DNA of 64,000 nucleotides from a bacterium. Its GTDB lineage: Bacteria; Patescibacteriota; Saccharimonadia; Saccharimonadales; SZUA-47. The position numbers were made by a program, and so were the translations under genes. The stretch covers positions 234,383-298,382 of the forward strand of contig JAUIBF010000001.1 of assembly GCA_030428125.1 (NCBI GenBank). Reading direction: 5' to 3'. Positions 29,395 to 41,014 of the stretch are shown in pieces. The stretch's first letter is position 1; each line of letters opens with the position of its first letter. Under the pieces are notes generated by a model. That model made no database searches. It was not told where the DNA came from and saw nothing but the letters and a program-made list of their open reading frames with translations.

Positions 29395-29577
29395 TGGTGG
29401 AGCTAAGGACTAAGCTTGAAATGCTCGCAAAAAGCTAGAAGCATTTGCTCGGCCAAGCAAGGATTCCGCAAACTGCCACAGGCAGTTTTCGCCTATCGGT
29501 TCAAATCCATTTACTGTAAATCGGGGGTCCCCGCAAAACCTGTTTTGTGGGGAAGAGGAATAATCATGCAAGACCAA
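29395..29577. other. unclassified structured non-coding region with tRNA-Ala/tmRNA-like 3' acceptor fragment
   Basis: On the minus strand, 29395-29405 reads TAGCTCCACCA, identical to the 3' end of tRNA-Ala at 36278-36288. Hairpins at 29419-29446, 29470-29488 and 29528-29553 (11 bp). The ORFs called here overlap tRNA-Leu and are discounted. Confidence 0.4.
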
Positions 29578-29608
29578 ACAAAAAAGACGCCACTTGTTTG
29601 CGTCTTTT
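29578..29608 (-). terminator. rho-independent terminator downstream of tRNA-Leu
   Basis: Stem AAGACGC/GCGTCTT with a 9-nt loop, followed by a T6 run on the minus strand. Confidence 0.7.
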
Positions 29609-29635
29609 ACAGTTTGGTTGGAATGAATTATTCCG

Positions 29636-29722
29636 TGGTGCGCAAGAGAGGACTTGAACCTCCACGGGAGTGATCCCACTACGACCTCAACGTAGCCTGT
29701 CTACCAATTCCAGCACTTGCGC
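29636..29722 (-). tRNA. tRNA-Leu (anticodon GAG), class II with long variable arm, CCA encoded
   Basis: Reverse complement is GCGCAAG-TG-CTGGAATTGGTAGACAG-G-CTACG-TTGAGGT-CGTAG-TGGGATCACTCCCGT-GGAGG-TTCAAGT-CCTCT-CTTGCGC-A-CCA. Confidence 0.9.
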
Positions 29723-29731
29723 TCTTCAAAC

Positions 29732-29757
29732 TAAAAACCCTGCTTCGTTTTGCAGGG
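29732..29757 (-). terminator. rho-independent terminator downstream of tRNA-Val
   Basis: Stem CCCTGC/GCAGGG with an 8-nt loop, followed by a T5 run on the minus strand. Confidence 0.65.
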
Positions 29758-29767
29758 CGATTGTTAA

Positions 29768-29844
29768 TGGTGGGTTGTGAGGGACTTGAACCCCCGACCC
29801 CCTCGGTGTAAACGAGGTGCTCTAGCCAGCTGAGCTAACAACCC
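29768..29844 (-). tRNA. tRNA-Val (anticodon TAC), CCA encoded
   Basis: Reverse complement is GGGTTGT-TA-GCTCAGCTGGCTAGAGC-A-CCTCG-TTTACAC-CGAGG-GGGTC-GGGGG-TTCAAGT-CCCTC-ACAACCC-A-CCA. Confidence 0.92.
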
Positions 29845-29964
29845 ATTAAACTATCCAATTGATTTTACTATCTTTATCGCAATTTCTCAAGTGTTGTAGG
29901 CTGTTATTTTTAAGTAAAATGTATGATTTATTGCTATACTAAAAGCATAAGTAAAGGAGATGGT

Positions 29965-30522
29965 ATGATTTGGATATTACTGATTGTGGCGGGTCTATTT
30001 TTGGTTGCAATTGTTGGAATATATAACGGACTGGTTAAGAGTAAGGTTCGGGTTGACGAAGCTTGGAGTGACATTACTGTTCAGCTGAAGCGACGAGTAG
30101 ACTTGATTCCAAATTTAGTTGAAACGGTCAAAGGTTATGCGAAGCATGAAAAAGGTGTTTTCGAAGAAGTCACAAAAGCACGGGCTGCTGTAGCTGGGGC
30201 AGGTAGTGTTGATGAAACTGCGAAAGCAGATAACATGCTTACTGGTGCTCTAAAGAGTTTATTCGCCGTTGCAGAAGCGTATCCAGATCTAAAAGCAAAT
30301 ACGAACTTCCAGGATTTACAAGCAGAACTAGTCGACACCGAGGACAAAATCCAAGCAGCACGACGTTTTTATAACGCTGCAGTTCGTGAGTTAAATACTA
30401 AATTACAGGTATTTCCAACTGTACTTTTTGGAAGAATGCTAGGCTTTTCACCTAGAGACTTTTTTGAGCTAGAAGAGTCAGAGCAGGCTGCAGCTGAAAA
30501 ACCAGTTGATGTTAAGTTTTAG
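29965..30522 (+). CDS. lemA: LemA family protein
   Basis: AAAGGAGA Shine-Dalgarno sequence before the ATG at 29965. TM anchor, then YNGLVKSKVRVDEAWSDITVQLKRRVDLIPNLVETVKGYAKHE. Confidence 0.88.
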   Translation: MIWILLIVAGLFLVAIVGIYNGLVKSKVRVDEAWSDITVQLKRRVDLIPNLVETVKGYAKHEKGVFEEVTKARAAVAGAGSVDETAKADNMLTGALKSLFAVAEAYPDLKANTNFQDLQAELVDTEDKIQAARRFYNAAVRELNTKLQVFPTVLFGRMLGFSPRDFFELEESEQAAAEKPVDVKF

Positions 30523-30550
30523 GTAGCTTGACTAACCTAGGGCCAGCTTC

Positions 30551-31423
30551 GTGTATTCCGAAATAGAATCAAATAAAAGAAAAACAGTCGGACTTCTTGC
30601 CGTGTTTTTACTAATACTAGGATGTTTGTCTTACTTCATTGGTATTTATTTCGGAGATTTTACGATCACTGTAGGTGCGTTAATCGGATCATTACTATAT
30701 GCTCTGTTTAGCTACTATGGTGCGGCCAAAACAGCACTAAGCTTTAACGGAGCAAGGCAGATTAAAAAACAGGACAACCCGAGGCTGTGGAGGACCGTTG
30801 AGAATTTAGCCATTACAGAAGGCCTGCCTATGCCAAAAATTTACATAGTTGAAGACAATGGCTTGAATGCATTTGCTACTGGTCGGGATCCTAAACATGC
30901 ATCAGTGGCTATCACAACTGGGCTCCTCGATAGCCTAGAAGATTCAGAGCTGGAAGGAGTTATGGCACACGAATTGGGTCACATAAAGAATTATGATATC
31001 AGGGTTAGTATGGTGGTTTTTGGGTTAGTCGTGGCGATATCACTACTTGCTGACGTTTTTCTTAGGATGAGTTTTTTCAGCAATGAAGACGATGATACGC
31101 CTCCGTTTATGATGGCATTTGGAATAATTGCTATGATTTTGGCTCCTATGGTAGCAGCGATGGTTCAGGCTGCAGTGTCGAGAAAGCGAGAATATTTAGC
31201 AGATGCTACGGGCGCGTTAACTACTAGATATCCTGAAGGTCTTGCAAATGCATTGGAAAAGATTAAAGATGGTTCTTCGACAACCAGGCGTCAACATACG
31301 GCATCAGCGCACCTATTCTTTGCTAACCCCATGAAGGGCAAAAGATTAAGTGGAGCATTTAGTACTCATCCACCGATTGATGAACGGATAAAGAGATTAC
31401 GCGAAATGGGCAGAAAGGTTTAA
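30551..31423 (+). CDS. htpX: M48 zinc metalloprotease HtpX
   Basis: HELGHIKNYD zinc motif, four TM helices, C-terminal STHPPIDERI. The LemA-HtpX pairing is common. Confidence 0.9.
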   Translation: MYSEIESNKRKTVGLLAVFLLILGCLSYFIGIYFGDFTITVGALIGSLLYALFSYYGAAKTALSFNGARQIKKQDNPRLWRTVENLAITEGLPMPKIYIVEDNGLNAFATGRDPKHASVAITTGLLDSLEDSELEGVMAHELGHIKNYDIRVSMVVFGLVVAISLLADVFLRMSFFSNEDDDTPPFMMAFGIIAMILAPMVAAMVQAAVSRKREYLADATGALTTRYPEGLANALEKIKDGSSTTRRQHTASAHLFFANPMKGKRLSGAFSTHPPIDERIKRLREMGRKV

Positions 31424-31428
31424 CGAAC

Positions 31429-34945
<3,517 letters not shown>

Positions 34946-35044
34946 GCGTTCGTGATGAAATAGCACTTAGACGGGTGTCTAGGCTCGAGTAAAACAAACA
35001 TCCAAAAACAAAAATACCCGAGCCGGGTGGGCACACCCGACAAC

Positions 35045-35071
35045 AATACCTCTGGCAGCAGGGGTATTTTT
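35045..35071 (+). terminator. rho-independent terminator after rdgB
   Basis: 8-bp stem AATACCTC/GGGGTATT (one G-U pair) with an 8-nt loop, then TTT. Confidence 0.5.
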
Positions 35072-35089
35072 AATATACAGATAAGTATA

Positions 35090-35118
35090 TTGACAAGAAA
35101 GCAAAAGCATGATACAAT
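35090..35118 (+). promoter_or_regulatory. promoter TTGACA-17-TACAAT (with TGn)
   Basis: TTGACA at 35090-35095 and TGATACAAT at 35110-35118. AAGGTGG Shine-Dalgarno sequence and ATG at 35144 follow. Confidence 0.65.
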
Positions 35119-35143
35119 GAAAAGATAAGGTGGTATTTATTTT

Positions 35144-36268
35144 ATGTCAGCGACAGCAGTAGCAATTTTATCGGCAACAAGTGTTTTAGGTGCAGGTTCT
35201 GCTTATGTAGGTCACGAGATGATGCAGGATCATCCTGAAATTAGTGGTAATAACTGTGTAGATATGTCAGGCATTCCACTAGAGGACGCATTTGCCGATC
35301 CGAGTGTTTCTAGCATTCAGCAAGCAATTATGGATAAAGCCGGTATAGAAATCATCGGAGGTGCAGATGGTGATTTTGGTCAGGCTAGCTGTATTGCTTT
35401 TGGTCTCGCTCAAGAAGCTCTTGGAGTTACAGTTGATTACAAATTCGGTCCTGAGTCGGCAGGAGCACTGGGAATTGATCTGAACAATATATTTCCGAAC
35501 AGTGACTTGGCTTCAGATGCTGACGCGGTAGAAGGTACTCAGGTTTCTGTGCCAACAACTGAAGATATCGAGTGTAGGAACATGGATGGCGTGCCTGCAG
35601 AGTCAGGATATACAAATGGCGCAATTCTGCAGATTCAGACAGCTCTTGACTCCCACGGTTACGGTAGAGGTGGAGTAGATGGTAAGTTCTTAGACCTAAC
35701 TTGTGATGAAGTCGTTGCTTTTCAGCGTGCTAATAATCTTACTGTAGACGGTATTGTAGGTCCCGCTACAGCAAGAGCTCTAGGCATAAATTATGAGTCA
35801 CTAGTTTCTGGTAGCATAGCTAGTCAGAAAGAATTTGAGCCAGAAATTGACTGCCCAGCTGCAAGTAGCTGTGACATCGAAGTAAATCTAAATACCCAAA
35901 GACTGCATATCACAGACGGCTCTGGAAATATCATTTGGGATAGACCAGTTCAGAGTGGTAAGCGAGGTTATGAAACCCGAAACATCCGAAGCACTTTAGG
36001 TCATGTCGAGTATGGTGAAGGTGGTAATCCTGAACGGCCCAGCGTTGATTATCCAGAAGCAATACTAGTAAATCCCAGGGGCTTTGGAAATGGTGGACAA
36101 AAGTTTCACGGGTCCTATAGTTTTAATGCTTGGGCAGTAGATAGTCCTGATTCTGGTAGTGCTGGATGTGTCCGTCTAGAGATTGGCGACTCTTATACCT
36201 TTGCCAAAATGCCAATCGGTACCAGTGTCTTGCTTTTTGGAGCAAAGCCCGGAACAACGCAACGATAA
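35144..36268 (+). CDS. L,D-transpeptidase (YkuD) with peptidoglycan-binding repeats
   Basis: PG_binding_1-like repeats (GADGDFGQAS, VDGKFLDLTCDEVVAFQRANNLTVDGIVGPAT). Catalytic HG...SAGCVRL motif near the C-terminus. Confidence 0.85.
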   Translation: MSATAVAILSATSVLGAGSAYVGHEMMQDHPEISGNNCVDMSGIPLEDAFADPSVSSIQQAIMDKAGIEIIGGADGDFGQASCIAFGLAQEALGVTVDYKFGPESAGALGIDLNNIFPNSDLASDADAVEGTQVSVPTTEDIECRNMDGVPAESGYTNGAILQIQTALDSHGYGRGGVDGKFLDLTCDEVVAFQRANNLTVDGIVGPATARALGINYESLVSGSIASQKEFEPEIDCPAASSCDIEVNLNTQRLHITDGSGNIIWDRPVQSGKRGYETRNIRSTLGHVEYGEGGNPERPSVDYPEAILVNPRGFGNGGQKFHGSYSFNAWAVDSPDSGSAGCVRLEIGDSYTFAKMPIGTSVLLFGAKPGTTQR

Positions 36269-36277
36269 GCATTTTTC

Positions 36278-36354
36278 TGGTGGAGCTACGGGGACTCAAA
36301 CCCCGGACCTCTTGTATGCCATACAAGCGCTCTAATCAACTGAGCTATAGCCCC
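36278..36354 (-). tRNA. tRNA-Ala (anticodon GGC), CCA encoded, atypical D- and T-loops
   Basis: Reverse complement is GGGGCTA-TA-GCTC-AGTTGATTA-GAGC-G-CTTGT-ATGGCAT-ACAAG-AGGTC-CGGGG-TTTGAGT-CCCCG-TAGCTCC-A-CCA. G3:U70 is present. Confidence 0.88.
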
Positions 36355-36402
36355 GGATGACAATAATCATATAGCATAGAATAGTGATATAAAAGTGCTA
36401 CA

Positions 36403-37353
36403 ATGAATGTCATGAGATTTAAAGCAAAACCGTCCTTTGATATAGGCCGGAAATTCAACAATGTTACTGCGAGCTGGAATTTAGTAAAGTTAACGAAATA
36501 CTTTTTGGTTATCGGTTTAATTATCGCTCTTGTATTTTCTTGTCTCTGGTACTCAAGGGTATACATGAACAGTGAAAGAAGATTCTGGTCGGCAGTCGAG
36601 AACAGTATGTCAACAAGAAGTGTAGTTCGCACACTGTCAGAAGGAGGCAGCGGAAACCAAGTAGTTCAAGATTACAGGTTCCATTTTTCTCCCCAGCAGG
36701 TAATCGAAAACAGAGTAGATTTTAAGCAAAAAAGCGCCACGACTGACACAGAAGTAGTGACCGAAGGGATTATATTTCCTCAGGAACAATTCTTACGCTA
36801 TACAAAGTTCAGAAATGATACTAATGGCGAAGAAGGAGCTAATCTAGACTCAGTTCTTGGTGAATGGGCAAATCAAGGCTCTGGGGCTGGGGAAGCGGAA
36901 GAAGCAAGGCTGAACTATTTAAGCGAATATGTAACTTTAGCAGTTTTTGGAAATTTTAACGCTCAGCAAAGAGCAGAATTAATTAACAATCTTCGACAAA
37001 ACAATGTTTATGATGTAGATTTCAACAATGTACTGGAAGATGAACTCGATGGCGAAGATGTGAAAATCTATCAGGTTACAGTTAATCTTCGGCCATTTGC
37101 AGAGTTGCTTAACGAAGCATTTGTAATGGCTGGCTACGGAGACTTCCCGCCATTAAACCCAGAAAACTACCGCGAAGGTTCAACCCTAAAGTCGGTATTT
37201 AAGGTCGCGGGTAACAATTCTATAGTCGGGATTAACTTTGGCAACAGAAATGAAGTATATAGCAATTACGGCGTAATCAAGATCATTGAGCGACCGGAAG
37301 CTGATATGACGATTAATGAGCTTCAAAACGAAGTACAATCAATTATTCAGTAA
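36403..37353 (+). CDS. membrane-anchored hypothetical protein
   Basis: N-terminal TM helix (YFLVIGLIIALVFSCLWY) and a soluble body. The TGCTACAAT box at 36396-36404 overlaps the first ATG, so the ATG at 36412 may be the true, leaderless start. Confidence 0.6.
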   Translation: MNVMRFKAKPSFDIGRKFNNVTASWNLVKLTKYFLVIGLIIALVFSCLWYSRVYMNSERRFWSAVENSMSTRSVVRTLSEGGSGNQVVQDYRFHFSPQQVIENRVDFKQKSATTDTEVVTEGIIFPQEQFLRYTKFRNDTNGEEGANLDSVLGEWANQGSGAGEAEEARLNYLSEYVTLAVFGNFNAQQRAELINNLRQNNVYDVDFNNVLEDELDGEDVKIYQVTVNLRPFAELLNEAFVMAGYGDFPPLNPENYREGSTLKSVFKVAGNNSIVGINFGNRNEVYSNYGVIKIIERPEADMTINELQNEVQSIIQ

Positions 37354-37441
37354 AGACATTGATCATGCAGCAATCTTATCAAAGCCAGTGTCCAGCCTGT
37401 TAGAATATAAGCATGGCTAATCAAGATTGTGCTTAAAAGTT

Positions 37442-38200
37442 ATGAATGTTGTAGTCGAGGATCTACTAATAAACTACACTGTTAACGGTTCAGGTCCTGT
37501 CGTGATATTAATTCATGGCTGGGGAGACAGTCTGAATACCTTTAGACCTATAGCAGAGGAGTTACAAAAAAAGTACAAGGTATATGCGCTTGATCTGCCA
37601 GGATTTGGTGGAAGTCAAACGCCTCAATCAGCCTATAATTTGGATAAATTTGTAGGTATAGTTTCTGGATTTTTGAGTAAACTAGGTATCAAGAAGGTAT
37701 ACACCTACATTGGTCACTCAAACGGTGGGGCGATAGCCATGAAGGGTCTATCGTCAGGTGTTTTAGTGTCTGAAAAACTAGTTTTGATTGCCAGTTCAGG
37801 GGTTAGGACAAGTTATACGGGCAGACAGAAAGCACTACGATTGGCCGTCAAGACCGCAAAAGTTCCGACCAAACTGTTACCTAAAATAACCCAAAAGAAA
37901 ATCAGAGCCAAAGTATATTCTGCAATTGGTTCAGATATGCTAGTTGCAGAAAATATGCAGGAAACATTTAAAAATGTCGTTACTGAGGATTTGGTGACTG
38001 ATTCTGCGATGATACCTTCAGATACACTACTGATCTATGGCAGGGAAGACACTGCGACTCCAATCGAGTATGGCAAGCTATTCTCAAAGCAAATAGAAAA
38101 TTCTAAACTTGTTGTTATCGAAGGCGCAGATCACTTTGTGCATCAGACTAAAAGTGCAGAAGTAGTTAAACAAATATCCAGCTTTTTAGGAAATAAATGA
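37442..38200 (+). CDS. alpha/beta-fold hydrolase
   Basis: VVILIHGWGDS, nucleophile elbow GHSNGG, C-terminal GADHFVH. Start taken at the ATG at 37442 (MNVVVEDLL). Confidence 0.8.
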   Translation: MNVVVEDLLINYTVNGSGPVVILIHGWGDSLNTFRPIAEELQKKYKVYALDLPGFGGSQTPQSAYNLDKFVGIVSGFLSKLGIKKVYTYIGHSNGGAIAMKGLSSGVLVSEKLVLIASSGVRTSYTGRQKALRLAVKTAKVPTKLLPKITQKKIRAKVYSAIGSDMLVAENMQETFKNVVTEDLVTDSAMIPSDTLLIYGREDTATPIEYGKLFSKQIENSKLVVIEGADHFVHQTKSAEVVKQISSFLGNK

Positions 38201-39630
38201 AATCAATATTATCGCTTTTTAATTTGCGTCTTCCCATTTACTACACTTATATGTTGCAACAGGTTGAGTACGAGCCCTCCAAGTTCATCAAATGGTTGTT
38301 TAGGCTCTTACGTCAAAATAAAGCCGTAAAAACCGTCATGAACAGACAGACATTAGTGTGGACTTCTAAAGCGAAGGCACTAGTTTTGGTAAGCTATTTA
38401 TTTGTCGCAATGAGCATGTTTCTGTATGTTTTCGCTTTGAAAGACCTGGTCTTCTGGCCGATATGCCTGGGCGTTATTTTACTTGCTACTCCCCTGTACC
38501 TTGCGTATTTTTTATGGGCATTAACTTTAGTTGCTCACATGTTTATCATAAAACCCAAGCAAATTAGACTAGTCGCTGAAGCAAATAAGATTTTCAAAAA
38601 TCATAAAGCAGTGAAAATCGCAGTTTTAGGTAGTTATGGCAAAACCACGGTTAAAGAATTGTTAAACACAGTTTTATCAGAAGGTAAAACTGTTGCTTCA
38701 ACTCCTGGCAACAAAAACGTTTCAGTTTCGCATGCTAGGTTCGCTAAAAAACTTACAGGTGATGAAGAAGTGATTGTTCTGGAATTTGGTGAGGGAGAGC
38801 CGGGTGACATCAGGAGGATGGCGGAAATGTTTGAGCCTGACTACGCAGTTATAACAGGTCTCGCACCAAATCACCTAGATCACTACGAGTCGCTGCAGGC
38901 TGTAGCAAAAGATTTGCTGGAAATAGAAAAATTTGTAGCAAACGACAACATATACATAAATGGCGACTCCGAAATGCTGACAGATTACACTAAAGAAAGA
39001 TTCGTGCACTACAGCGTAGAGGGTCTAGATGGCTGGAAGGTTAATAATGTAAAAGTTAGTGTTGATGCTACGAAGTTTGTACTCAGTAAAGGAAATAAAA
39101 AAATCAACGTCAAAACCAGTTTAGTCGGAAGGCATCAGATAGCTAACCTGACAGTGGTGTCAGTGATTGCTGACGTGCTTGGGCTAACTAAAAATCAGAT
39201 CGAAAAGGGCATAACATCAGCATCTCCGTTTCAGCACCGTATGCAACCAAGAGCTATCAATGGCGCCTGGATTATTGACGATACGTACAACGGAAATCTA
39301 GAAGGGTTAAAAGCGGGCTTGGATTTACTAAAGGAAATAAAAGCAGATAGAAAATGGTACGTTACCCCGGGGCTTGTTGATCAGGGTGACGAGACAGAAA
39401 GGGTCCACGTAGAATTAGGCAAAAAAATAGCTGAAATAAACCCCGACATAGTCGTACTAATGCAAAATTCGGTCACAGATACAGTCAGGAGCTCAATTGA
39501 AGCTGGTGGCTTTAAGGGTGAACTTAGGATTGAAGAAAATCCTCTAGAGTTTTACCTGAATATTGAACACTTACTTGCAAAAGGCGATTTAGTGCTGATG
39601 CAAAATGATTGGACCGATAACTACAATTAA
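38197..39630 (+). CDS. murF: Mur ligase family protein (MurF-like) with N-terminal transmembrane extension
   Basis: About 130 aa with two to three hydrophobic helices, then Mur ligase P-loop VLGSYGKTTVKE and DDTYNGNLEGLKAGLDLL. ddl lies downstream. Confidence 0.65.
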   Translation: MKSILSLFNLRLPIYYTYMLQQVEYEPSKFIKWLFRLLRQNKAVKTVMNRQTLVWTSKAKALVLVSYLFVAMSMFLYVFALKDLVFWPICLGVILLATPLYLAYFLWALTLVAHMFIIKPKQIRLVAEANKIFKNHKAVKIAVLGSYGKTTVKELLNTVLSEGKTVASTPGNKNVSVSHARFAKKLTGDEEVIVLEFGEGEPGDIRRMAEMFEPDYAVITGLAPNHLDHYESLQAVAKDLLEIEKFVANDNIYINGDSEMLTDYTKERFVHYSVEGLDGWKVNNVKVSVDATKFVLSKGNKKINVKTSLVGRHQIANLTVVSVIADVLGLTKNQIEKGITSASPFQHRMQPRAINGAWIIDDTYNGNLEGLKAGLDLLKEIKADRKWYVTPGLVDQGDETERVHVELGKKIAEINPDIVVLMQNSVTDTVRSSIEAGGFKGELRIEENPLEFYLNIEHLLAKGDLVLMQNDWTDNYN

Positions 39631-39830
39631 AGCCTTGTAATTGTAATAGTTAATTGTAATACTGTAAGCGTCAGAAGCTTGAATAATGACAGATTTTGTC
39701 AGTTATTGTCGAGCAAGCGTAGCAAAATGTATTCATGGTACGTGTGCGAGCAGCGCTGAGAAAACTGGCAAAAGATGTTATTAATGTCTTTCAGGCAAAC
39801 TACTTGTTTGATTGACGGAAAGACAGGTTC

Positions 39831-41009
39831 ATGTTTCTGATGAAGACAGTAGCAGTAATATTTGGAAGTCGTTCTGCCGAGCACGACATATCAATAGTCA
39901 CAGCACTTTCGGCAATAATCAAGCCCCTAGAGGCGACCAAAAAGTACAAAGTAGAATCAGTTTACATCTCGAAAGACGGTTCGTGGTTTTGGGACGATAA
40001 ACTAAAGGACATCAAACTCTATCAGTCTAGTGCGATAGACGAATTTATGCGAAAAGCACCAAAGGTGCAATTGCAGTTTGACGACGGCCTGACGCTGGTT
40101 AAGTCTAGTCAGTTCGCAGGTCGCAAAGCTTACAAGAAAATCGATATAGTATTTCCGGCAACACACGGTACTCACGGGGAAGACGGCGAGTTAATGGGGT
40201 TGCTTGAGATGGCTAATGTACCTTATGTGGGGTGCGATGTCCCGTCGAGCGCGATAGCTATGGACAAAGTGTTGTCCAGACAGATAGCAGATGTCAACGA
40301 AATTCCTGTTCCTAAATACGAGTACCTTCAGGCTAGTACGTTCCATCAAAAGGGCGCAGAAGTAGTAAAAGATCTAGAAAAAAGTCTAAAATATCCACTG
40401 TTTGTCAAGCCAGCACGACTAGGTTCGAGTATCGGGATATCTCACGTAAAGAATTCCAGAGAGTTGGTAAACGCTATAGAAGTTGCGCTACATTATGACA
40501 GCAAGGCAATTATCGAAGAAGCTGTCCAAAATTTGGTCGAGGTTACAGTGCCGATAATCGGTAATGATGAGCTAACTTACGCTTCAGCAGAACAACCTTT
40601 GTCCAAAGAAGACGGGGTATTTGATTTTGATACCAAGTACATGAATCAAGGTAAAGGTGGAAAAAAAATGGGCAGTAAATCAGGGGCTCAAGGCTATAGT
40701 AAAATACCAGCTGATATATCTGATGCCCTAACCAAGGAGTCGCTGCGTGTCGCAGGGGCAGTTTATCGCTCTGTTGGCTGTAAAGGAATCGCCAGAATCG
40801 ACCTGCTTATAGATTCAAAGACCAAAAAAGTTTTCTTTAACGAAATAAATCCACTGCCTGGTAGCCTCTATAACCATAACTGGCGAGCTAGCGGAATTTC
40901 CAATGTAGATTTAGTAAACAGACTCGTTGATCTAGCGGAAGACAGCTGGAAAGAAAAACAAAAACTGACAACTACATTCAGTACAAACTTCCTAAAACAA
41001 CAGGGCTAG
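39831..41009 (+). CDS. ddl: D-alanine--D-alanine ligase
   Basis: VAVIFGSRSAEHDISI N-terminus, HGTHGEDGELMGLLE, ATP-grasp body, EINPLPGS. The ATG at 39840 is an alternative start. Confidence 0.9.
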   Translation: MFLMKTVAVIFGSRSAEHDISIVTALSAIIKPLEATKKYKVESVYISKDGSWFWDDKLKDIKLYQSSAIDEFMRKAPKVQLQFDDGLTLVKSSQFAGRKAYKKIDIVFPATHGTHGEDGELMGLLEMANVPYVGCDVPSSAIAMDKVLSRQIADVNEIPVPKYEYLQASTFHQKGAEVVKDLEKSLKYPLFVKPARLGSSIGISHVKNSRELVNAIEVALHYDSKAIIEEAVQNLVEVTVPIIGNDELTYASAEQPLSKEDGVFDFDTKYMNQGKGGKKMGSKSGAQGYSKIPADISDALTKESLRVAGAVYRSVGCKGIARIDLLIDSKTKKVFFNEINPLPGSLYNHNWRASGISNVDLVNRLVDLAEDSWKEKQKLTTTFSTNFLKQQG

Positions 41010-41014
41010 TCATC

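Noticed and set aside
29395-29533. Calling this region a bona fide tmRNA (ssrA) gene
   Set aside because: It is only about 139 nt from GGGG to CCA, with no T-arm or pseudoknots. The 5' GGGGACC pairs at only 4 of 7 positions with TAGCTCC, and the putative tag ends in FQA rather than the usual AA. It is kept as an unresolved finding only.
29410-29679. ORFs of 89 aa (minus) and 85 aa (plus) in the ORF track
   Set aside because: They run through tRNA-Leu, its terminator and the structured region. They have no Shine-Dalgarno sequence and an implausible composition.
34960-35045. Hairpin cluster downstream of rdgB (GGCTCG...CGAGCC, GGGTG-GGCA-CACCC) as an SRP RNA or other ncRNA
   Set aside because: It has no SRP helix-8 motif or GNRA/GGAA apical loop with AGCA-type internal loops. 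It is short with an A-rich loop, so it probably belongs to the 3' UTR and terminator region.
39686-39784. A 32-aa Cys-rich small ORF (MTDFVSYCRASVAKCIHGTCASSAEKTGKRCY) between murF-like and ddl
   Set aside because: It has no convincing Shine-Dalgarno sequence or promoter, is very short, and could arise by chance. It is worth a look only if conserved in relatives.
39699-39884. A 61-aa minus-strand ORF overlapping the ddl start
   Set aside because: It overlaps the well-supported ddl start region and has no expression signals.
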